A stretch of DNA of 64,000 nucleotides, from NCBI GenBank assembly GCA_963713825.1, contig CAVQNG010000001.1:32001-96000 (forward strand), in the 5' to 3' direction. Source of the stretch: an uncultured Acidobacteriota bacterium (GTDB lineage: Bacteria > Acidobacteriota > Thermoanaerobaculia > Multivoradales > JAHEKO01). Of the stretch, positions 40,080 to 46,969 are shown piece after piece. Made by a program: the position numbers and the translations under genes. The notes beneath the pieces were generated by a model. It had not been told where the DNA came from, made no database searches, and saw only the letters and a program-made list of their open reading frames with translations. Each line of letters begins with the position of its first letter. Within the stretch, counting starts at the first letter, position 1.

Positions 40080-41639
40080 TCAGTCCGTCGTCGTGCGCCG
40101 GATCGGCCGGCCCGGGTCGGCGTCGAGAATCAGCTCTCCCCGTTCGACGACCAGCTCGCCGTTCACCAGCAGTGCCTGCACGCCGATCGCCGGCTGGTTG
40201 GGCTCCTGGTAGGTCCCTACGTCGCTGATGGTTTCGGGGTCGAAGACCACGATGTCGGCATCCATGCCGGCCTGCATGCGGCCTTTCTTTTTCATCTGGG
40301 GAACGAACCCTTCCAGCGTCTGGGCCGGCATCAGAGTCATCTTGCGCAGGGCCTCCTGCATGCTCATCAACCTGCGTTCCCTGACGTAGGACCGCAGGAT
40401 CTTGGCGAAGGTTCCGTTCGACCGCGGGTGTGAGAACGCCTCTTCCGGCAGGGGCCATGCGTCTCCCTCGTAGTTCTCGATCTCGTTGTGATCGTCCACG
40501 AACATCCAGAACATCTCGTCGGACTCGATGAGGATGTCCGGGTGCAGCACAGACGCGTCGAGCAACGCGAGGTCGTCAGGGTTTTCTTCGTCGAGAAAGT
40601 GCCAGACGATGAACGTGCCGGGCTTGTTCTTCTGGTAGTCAGCCAGCTGCTCTTCGGTCATGCGGCTGGTGCCGAGCTGGAAGTTCTCGGCGGTGGACCC
40701 CATGCGCTCACGCCAGCCGTCGCCGCTGAACATCGCGGCGCCGACCACCGTGCTCGCGGCACCCCAGGGATAGGCGCCGACGGAAATGTTGATGCCGCGC
40801 TCCATGGCGTTGTCGATCAGGGGCAGGATGGTGTGGATGCTCTTGAGTGACGTGCTGTTGATGTGGCACAGGTGCATGTGGGCGCCCGTGATCGCGGCGT
40901 TTCCGATCAGTTCCTGCACGGCTTCGAACGAGCTCTCGGGCTCTGCATTGCTGGCATAACGCACGTGGGTGAAGGTGGCGACGCCTCGTTCGGCGGCCAG
41001 TTCGGCCAGCGCGAAGTACTCCTTGTGGCCGTAGCCCGGGGCGTAGCCCGCATTGATGCCGATGCCCAGGGCACCCTGATCGAGACCCTGCTCGACCAGG
41101 TCCAGGATCATCTGCTGCTGCTCCGGCGTCGCGATCTCCATCTTCCAGTCGCTGCGGCTCTGGGCGTCCTGGAAGTAGGCGGCCGTCGCCTCGGGCTGAG
41201 TCTCCGTGAAGGTGGCGATACGAGCGTACGTCCAGGCAGACGCAGCGCCATAGTTGATGGGGAGCTTCTTCTTCGCCTGGCCGTCGTACCAGGCCGAGAT
41301 CGGCAGCACGCCCGACTCCAGTTCGAGCATCGTCGTGACGCCCTGCATGGCCTGCATCCGATAGTCGCCGATGTTCTGGCCGTGGGCATGGATGTCGATG
41401 AACCCGGGCGCGACAACGTGGCCTGTGGCGTCTATTGTTTCCCTGCCACTGATCGAGTCCGTGGTGATCGAGGCGATCGTGGCATCCTTGACGCCGACGT
41501 TTGCGATGGCGTCGTACCCGGTCTCCGGGTCCATGACCCGGCCGTTCAGGATGACCAGGTCGTAGTCGGCCGCAACAACCCCTACGGCCGGCGCCAGGGC
41601 CAACGCAACCCAACTCAGCAGCATCACTGTCCGTTTCAT
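40080..41639 (-). CDS. Secreted N-acyl-D-amino-acid (D-glutamate) deacylase-like amidohydrolase
   Basis: APGFIDIHAH, GVTT.LELE.G, HPRSNGTF, KGR...G.DADIVVFDP. Confidence 0.85.
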   Translation of the reverse strand: MKRTVMLLSWVALALAPAVGVVAADYDLVILNGRVMDPETGYDAIANVGVKDATIASITTDSISGRETIDATGHVVAPGFIDIHAHGQNIGDYRMQAMQGVTTMLELESGVLPISAWYDGQAKKKLPINYGAASAWTYARIATFTETQPEATAAYFQDAQSRSDWKMEIATPEQQQMILDLVEQGLDQGALGIGINAGYAPGYGHKEYFALAELAAERGVATFTHVRYASNAEPESSFEAVQELIGNAAITGAHMHLCHINSTSLKSIHTILPLIDNAMERGINISVGAYPWGAASTVVGAAMFSGDGWRERMGSTAENFQLGTSRMTEEQLADYQKNKPGTFIVWHFLDEENPDDLALLDASVLHPDILIESDEMFWMFVDDHNEIENYEGDAWPLPEEAFSHPRSNGTFAKILRSYVRERRLMSMQEALRKMTLMPAQTLEGFVPQMKKKGRMQAGMDADIVVFDPETISDVGTYQEPNQPAIGVQALLVNGELVVERGELILDADPGRPIRRTTTD

Positions 41640-41670
41640 TCTGTTTTCCCTTTCACGTTCCCTTCGTTCT

Positions 41671-43137
41671 TCATTCGCCTGCCAGATACTTGGCGGCGCG
41701 GCGCAGGAAACCGGGCAGCTTGTCCTCTCCGTAGGGCGGGATATAGCCGTTGGTCGAGTAGTAGACGCCGACGAAGTCGCGAGCCGGATCGATGTAGATC
41801 CCCTGGCCGACGTTGCCGTGCTTCCACAGCGCGCCGTCAGCGAACACCGCGTCGAACTGGATCGAGTTCATCAGCGGCGCCTCGCCGAAGTCTTCCTTCA
41901 GGCCTTCGAACTTGGCCCCGGCCTGGAACGCCTCGACGTTGCCCCCGGTCTGCAGTCTTTTCAACACTGTGCCCGAGACGATCGGCTCCACCGCCGTCTT
42001 ATTCCAACTCGGGGTGAAGATCATGCCGAAGCGGGCGAAGTCTTCGAGGGTGGTCGAGATCAGCCCGTGCGCCACCGCCGTGCCGTCGGGCATCAGGTGC
42101 CAAAGGAAGTCCTGGCGGGCGCCGACCTTGCTCCAGACCCGCTCCTGAAACAGCTTGGCGAAGGTCAGGTTATCGAGCTTCTCGGCGGCGAGGACGAAGA
42201 CCTGGGTGACCGCCGAGGAGTATCGGAACACTTCGCCCGGTCCTTCGCCCTCGAGCTGCTCGGCTTCTCTCAGGATATCGAGCCAGTTCTCCATCTCGCC
42301 GGTGTTGGGGTTCGGCGCGCCGAACTCGGCCGAGAAGAACCGCACGATGATCGATGACGGGTCGATGATCGAGTCGAGCGTCTCTTCGAGGGCAAGACCG
42401 GTCGCCATGTTCGCGGCGTCGATCATCGGGATGCCGTCCCAGTTCGTGCCGGCGAGCTCGGGGACGTAGTCGACGACGGGTTTCGAGAGGTCGATCTTGC
42501 CGTCCTCCTCGAGCATGGCGAGGATCAGGCCGACGGTCGCCTTGCCGGGCGACATCCAGATGTGGCGGTCCATCGGGTCCATCCCCGGGTAGGTCTCGTA
42601 GACGACCTTGCCCTTGTGGATCATCAGCACGCCCTGCACTCGGTGGTTGGGGTGGACGACATAGTCCGCGAGGCTCAGCTCCCCTTCCTTGGTCGTGAAT
42701 CGAACCGCCTCCCCGATGGAGCCGTCGATCTTCCGTTCGAGCGGCATGAATCTCGGGTTGGGTGACGAATAGGCGGTGGGGAGGAACTCGCCGAGGTTGA
42801 CGATGTAGTAGAGCGCGTGGTCGCCGCCGAGCTGGAAGTGGAAGTTGTCGAAGTGCGTCCGCGCCTCGTTGGCGAACTCGAACGAGAACGGCTCCTTCGC
42901 CACGTCGACGGGGAGCGTCGTTCTTGCTCCCGGCACCTCCAGGTACTCGGCCAGGGGATTGTCGCCGGAAGAAGCGGTTTCTCCCTCCACTGCGGCACGG
43001 TTGTCCATCGCGCCGTTCTCGGCCATGGTGGCTGAGGTGCCGTCAACCGTCCGATCGTCTCCGGCATTGCAGCCCCACGCCCCCAGCACCACAAGCATCG
43101 AAACCACAAAGCCTGATCTCAGTTTTCTACCGTTCAT
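41671..43137 (-). CDS. Serine hydrolase, class C beta-lactamase / NylB-like lipoprotein
   Basis: SxxK (SPGK), FRYSS, HGNVGQ, DFARFG; lipobox AWGC. Confidence 0.85.
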   Translation of the reverse strand: MNGRKLRSGFVVSMLVVLGAWGCNAGDDRTVDGTSATMAENGAMDNRAAVEGETASSGDNPLAEYLEVPGARTTLPVDVAKEPFSFEFANEARTHFDNFHFQLGGDHALYYIVNLGEFLPTAYSSPNPRFMPLERKIDGSIGEAVRFTTKEGELSLADYVVHPNHRVQGVLMIHKGKVVYETYPGMDPMDRHIWMSPGKATVGLILAMLEEDGKIDLSKPVVDYVPELAGTNWDGIPMIDAANMATGLALEETLDSIIDPSSIIVRFFSAEFGAPNPNTGEMENWLDILREAEQLEGEGPGEVFRYSSAVTQVFVLAAEKLDNLTFAKLFQERVWSKVGARQDFLWHLMPDGTAVAHGLISTTLEDFARFGMIFTPSWNKTAVEPIVSGTVLKRLQTGGNVEAFQAGAKFEGLKEDFGEAPLMNSIQFDAVFADGALWKHGNVGQGIYIDPARDFVGVYYSTNGYIPPYGEDKLPGFLRRAAKYLAGE

Positions 43138-43221
43138 TTCGTTACTCTCTCTCGAATCACCTTCGCATGCGCCTTCTCAGGCCGCGCCGCGTTTCATGGC
43201 GGGCCGCTTCCAGTGCCACCA

Positions 43222-43268
43222 AATATGCCACACGGTCGGGTGGAGAGTCTTGATGAAAAGTTGATGAA
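43222..43268 (-). promoter_or_regulatory. 11-bp-spaced direct repeat plus -10 box upstream of the hydrolase operon
   Basis: Minus strand: TTCATCAA-ctt-TTCATCAA-N22-CATATT. Confidence 0.5.
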
Positions 43269-43293
43269 CCGAAAGAGCCGCGTCGCTGCGCCG

Positions 43294-44586
43294 CTATTCG
43301 TACAGGACCAGGACGCGCGGGTCGTCCGCGAGGGCGTCCAGGCGGGGGTCGAAGCGTGCACCGGGAAACCACGGACAGTGTTCTTCACGTGCATCGTGCA
43401 GAAGGTCGACGACCCGCTCCGCGTCTCCCAGCGCGGTGTACGTCATAGCAACGTGCGGTTTGGGTGTCCTGGGCAGCGTTGCAGACGCTGCCGAGTCGGC
43501 GATCGACCTTGCCTCATCGGCCTCGCCGGCCTTGGCCAGGGCGTAGGAGAGCGCCGTCATGAAAGCGGGGTTTTTGGCGGTGATCCGAGCCGTCTGGCCG
43601 CCCGCCGCGATCGCCTCGTCGTAGAGGCCGAGCCACGCTGCCATGATGGCGACGTAGGCGTGCCCCAGATCGACATGCGGCTGGTCCTGGCGAACCGCAC
43701 GCTCGATCTCCAGAGCTTCCTGCCAGCTGCCGGCACAGAACAGGCTCCACGCGAGAGCGTGCTTGTTCAAGATGGAGTGTGGATCCAGCTCTACAGCGGT
43801 CCGTGTCGCCTCCACCGCTTCGTCGAGACGGCCAGCACCACGAAGGACCCAGGCACGATAGCTATGGCCGCGCGCGTAGTCTCTATCGAGCGCGAGCGCC
43901 TCGTCCAAAGCCGCAAGGCCCGCTTCTGTGTCGCGCCGCATGACGCCCTCTAGCCAGCCGAAGGCTGCGCGAGCGGAGACCAGATTCGGATCGATCGCCA
44001 GAGCCCGCTCACAGGCCTGAAGGGCCAGGCGCTCGCCGTCTGCAGGGCGCAGGTAGCCTCGAACGGTCTGATAGATGCGACAATCCGCGATCGCTGCGAG
44101 GGCCACGGCGTAGTCCGGGTCGACGCGCACAGCTTCTTCGAGCAACTCCACCGCGCGCGCGAGTGCCTCCGGTTGCTGGCGATTCGCGTCTCGCATCCCC
44201 TCGAGATAGTGGGAGTAGGCGAGAGGAGATGTCCTGGTTGTCTTTTCTGCCGTGGGGCGGCTCTCTGCGGGATCAATCCGCCTTACCGGTACCGCGAGGC
44301 GGTACCCCTGTTTCGGCACGGTTTGGATGTAGGCCTTCGGATCCGTATCGAGAATCCGCCGCAAGGAATACACACATCGAGCGATGGAAGCATACGAGAC
44401 AGTCTGGCCGGGCCAGACTTGGTCGTCAATCTGACCGGACTTCGCGATCTCGCCGTCGAGTTGGACCAGAGCTCGCAAGAATGCGAGCTCTTTCGGCGGG
44501 CACGGCACGTACTCGCCACCGCGGTACAGACCATCGTCCGGTTTCAGCTGATAGTCCCCGAACTCGTACAGGACTCGTGTTGCCAT
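43294..44586 (-). CDS. OmpR/CadC-type winged-helix plus TPR transcriptional regulator
   Basis: YEFGDY.L....L...GE.V.C.PKE...L....VW......SI..C.Y.LR..L...YI.TVP..GYR, followed by TPRs. Confidence 0.85.
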   Translation of the reverse strand: MATRVLYEFGDYQLKPDDGLYRGGEYVPCPPKELAFLRALVQLDGEIAKSGQIDDQVWPGQTVSYASIARCVYSLRRILDTDPKAYIQTVPKQGYRLAVPVRRIDPAESRPTAEKTTRTSPLAYSHYLEGMRDANRQQPEALARAVELLEEAVRVDPDYAVALAAIADCRIYQTVRGYLRPADGERLALQACERALAIDPNLVSARAAFGWLEGVMRRDTEAGLAALDEALALDRDYARGHSYRAWVLRGAGRLDEAVEATRTAVELDPHSILNKHALAWSLFCAGSWQEALEIERAVRQDQPHVDLGHAYVAIMAAWLGLYDEAIAAGGQTARITAKNPAFMTALSYALAKAGEADEARSIADSAASATLPRTPKPHVAMTYTALGDAERVVDLLHDAREEHCPWFPGARFDPRLDALADDPRVLVLYE

Positions 44587-44676
44587 TCGACGTTCCGCTC
44601 GGTTGAGTACCCAAGTCGTCTTGAGTTCTGACATTTTAGCTTTAGGGCGGCTCTGTACAACACCCCGGCAGCCTTC

Positions 44677-44799
44677 AGGTCGGCGATAGGGGAGGGTGGT
44701 GAGAACCAGGATCCGCGGCATGAAGCCGAGGGCACCGGCCGTAAGAGCGTCAGTGGACTCGAGGGAGAAACCGTCTCTCGCTGCCCTTATGGCTGCCAT
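44677..44799 (-). pseudogene. repA: repA remnant (first ~41 codons), copy 3
   Basis: MAAIRAARDGFSLESTDALTAGALGFMPRILVLTTLPYRRP matches the N-termini of copies 1 and 2; homology then ends. Confidence 0.85.
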
Positions 44800-44965
44800 C
44801 GACGACAGCACCTGACAACAGAGAGGTAACAATTTTGGTAACAATGAAGTACAACTGAAGGCCGTAATCGACAGCAGGCGGCATTTACGCCTGTCGAGTT
44901 AAGTCGCCTTTTTTGTTGTGTTTGCGTACTGTCATCTGCCGTGGAGTGTGCGTTTTTGAAGGACT
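44795..44965. repeat. att-like junction 3 (left half only)
   Basis: GGTAACAATTTTGGTAACA at 44825-44843; similarity to junctions 1 and 2 ends after AAGGACT (44959-44965). Confidence 0.8.
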
Positions 44966-45121
44966 CCGTTGTCGGCCTCGGCCCAGAAACGCCTGATTGC
45001 AGTCCGGCAAGTTGCGGACCCGGTAGCGAAGAGTGAATTCGAACTTCGGGATGAGGCGATGCTAGCCGCGGCTCATTCCCAGATTTCTGCAACAACGCCA
45101 CGGGAATGGACACGATTGCGG

Positions 45122-45149
45122 TTGACACTAGGCGCCTAGCGCCTAGGCT
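45122..45149 (+). promoter_or_regulatory. Sigma70 promoter with CTAGGCGCCTAG operator for the TA operon
   Basis: TTGACA-N16-TAGGCT with palindromic CTAGGCGCCTAG in the spacer. Confidence 0.55.
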
Positions 45150-45174
45150 ACTAGTAGATTGAAAGGAGCACGCG

Positions 45175-45414
45175 ATGGGGACGGCAACCGTGAGAATTCC
45201 GGCGGAAAAGAGAGACACCCTGAGGATCATCGCGGGGATCGAAAAGACTGAGATGAAGAAGATCCTCTCCGAACTCATCGACGAGTACATCGAGCGGCAC
45301 CAGGAGACGCTGGACCTTCTTTCCCGACCCGAGTGGGTCGACATCATCGCTCGCGGCAAGGAAGAGGTGGACAAGGGCGTCAAGGGCAAGAGGCTCGATG
45401 AGCTGGCGGATTGA
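45175..45414 (+). CDS. Putative antitoxin
   Basis: 79 aa, RHH-like start (TATVRIP), ETL.LLS.P; overlaps relE. Confidence 0.75.
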   Translation: MGTATVRIPAEKRDTLRIIAGIEKTEMKKILSELIDEYIERHQETLDLLSRPEWVDIIARGKEEVDKGVKGKRLDELAD

Positions 45415-45664
45415 GGTCAAGCCGTCGGCTGAGAAGCAGTACCTCGAGATCGACAGGACGACTCGCCGACGAATCAAGGAAACCCTGCATGATCTCGAGA
45501 GCGCCGAGCAGCCGCTTCTTCACCCGCGCGTGAGGCCCCTGACGGGAAAGCTCAAAGGCGATTACGGGGTAAGAGTTGGAAGCTGGAGGGTTCTCCTGGC
45601 ACCTGATCGAGAGTCGAAGGTGCTCCATTTCTACGCCAATCTCCCCCGTGGCGATGCGTATTGA
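45398..45664 (+). CDS. relE: RelE/ParE-family toxin (possibly degenerate)
   Basis: W.IE....AEK....D....RI...L...LTG.L.G.Y.VRVG.WRV...PRGDAY. Confidence 0.8.
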   Translation: MSWRIEVKPSAEKQYLEIDRTTRRRIKETLHDLESAEQPLLHPRVRPLTGKLKGDYGVRVGSWRVLLAPDRESKVLHFYANLPRGDAY

Positions 45665-45860
45665 CCTTCTGACGCCGTCAGAAACCTACATGATCTGGCG
45701 CTTGGTGCCACTGAGGTTGCAGCAGCGTTGGGAGTGACTCGTAAGACGCTGTCAGTTGTCTTGAACGCGCGAGCGGGAATCAGCCCAGCCATGGCCCACC
45801 GTTTATCCAAGGCGCTCGACTCGACACCCGAGTCCCGGCTCCGGCACCACCTTTGGGACC
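45665..45860 (+). pseudogene. HigA-type HTH antitoxin remnant
   Basis: TEVAAALGVTRKTLS.VLN.RAGISP.MA.RLSKAL.STPES; the N-terminal HPG motif and start are missing. Confidence 0.7.
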
Positions 45861-46315
45861 CGAGAATGATTTGGCTGGATCCTGGTGATGCTGTGAGCCG
45901 CCTGTTCGAGCGGGTGTTCACTGCTGGAAGGATCCTGCCGTCGGGGATCTCTACCTGATGATCGAGGCTTTGACGTCGATGGGGGTGTCGGAGTGGCCCG
46001 ATATCTGGGGGCTGGTCAGACCGAAAGCCGGGAGTTCCGCGTACTCAGCCATGTAGACGGGGTCAGCTAGAATCACCACTCCGACGTCATAGTCAATTTT
46101 GTCTGGGGTCAGGCGAGGACCCGTAGCTTTGTGTCCCTGGCTTTGGCCAGGTCTACCCTTGTCGAGGTACCAGAAACGCTACTCCTGACGAGGGCCGATG
46201 TTTAGAGGCCAGGTGACGGAAACGACGCCGTGTAAACAGAAACAGGGGAGCCAGCTTCTGTCAGCAGGGTGCTGCAGGCTGCCGAGCGGGGATGGAGACC
46301 TTCGCGGGTCTCCTG

Positions 46316-46678
46316 TCAGTGACGAACCGTTCCAGCCGCCGGAGTTCCTGATTCCAGGAATCTCCAGGCTGCCGGCTCGAGGTGATCGATCTCGATGCCC
46401 GCTGTGAAAACGGGTAGTGTCGTGCCAGGTGTAATGCGTTGTGTCTTCGTGAGGGTGCACCATGCGACACGCCCGGTCACCCTCTTGACTCTCACGCCTC
46501 GCCTCACCAGGAGAGAAATGAACTGGCCCACCTTCAGGGGACTCGAGGATCTGATTCCCAATCCCAATCGACTGAAATCCACTACATCTCCCAGGACCGG
46601 CCTGAGGAGGCGCAGGCTGGGGGTCGGCCGGCGCGAGCGGCGGCGAGCTTCCTGTTTCGTGGGTGGAGAGTGACTCAT
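46316..46678 (-). CDS. PilZ-domain protein
   Basis: RRRSRR (RxxxR) and DFSRLG (DxSxxG) motifs; G.V.WC...AGIE. Confidence 0.65.
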   Translation of the reverse strand: MSHSPPTKQEARRRSRRPTPSLRLLRPVLGDVVDFSRLGLGIRSSSPLKVGQFISLLVRRGVRVKRVTGRVAWCTLTKTQRITPGTTLPVFTAGIEIDHLEPAAWRFLESGTPAAGTVRH

Positions 46679-46864
46679 CTCTCGATCCTGATTCTCGTCA
46701 GGCAGATCCTCTTCGGAGTGTTCCGATTCTACGCCCGGAAAGAGACCGGTGCACTACCCGAATGGGTGGATATAGCCGGTTGTCTATTGGCCAAAGAAGA
46801 CTGTAGAGAACTCTTCACCGCGCCGTCGTTTCGGAACGACGGTGGGAAAGACGTGCTATGGGGA

Positions 46865-46888
46865 AGGCTGGCTACTGCACGGTGCTGG
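46865..46888. repeat. 24-bp direct repeat, copy 1
   Basis: AGGCTGGCTACTGCACGGTGCTGG, identical to 49225-49248. Confidence 0.75.
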
Positions 46889-46969
46889 ACTAGGCAGTGG
46901 TGTTGCCGGACTCGAACCGGTTTTCCAGATGCTCGTTACAGTTCCCCAAGGCGGCTACGGCAACCGGGT

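Larger units (their letters stand above)
33456..44965. mobile_element. Putative 11.5-kb integrated module with degenerate repA and truncated right junction
   Basis: Bounded by junction 2 and junction 3; TA pairs at the left end, repA remnant at the right end. Confidence 0.6.

Noticed and set aside
38328-42017. Long plus-strand ORFs (557 aa, 384 aa)
   Set aside because: Antisense shadows of the amidohydrolase genes.
45960-46180. GGGGTCAG motifs suggesting REP elements or an IS end
   Set aside because: Only two or three short copies, no clear palindromes and no RAYT or transposase nearby.
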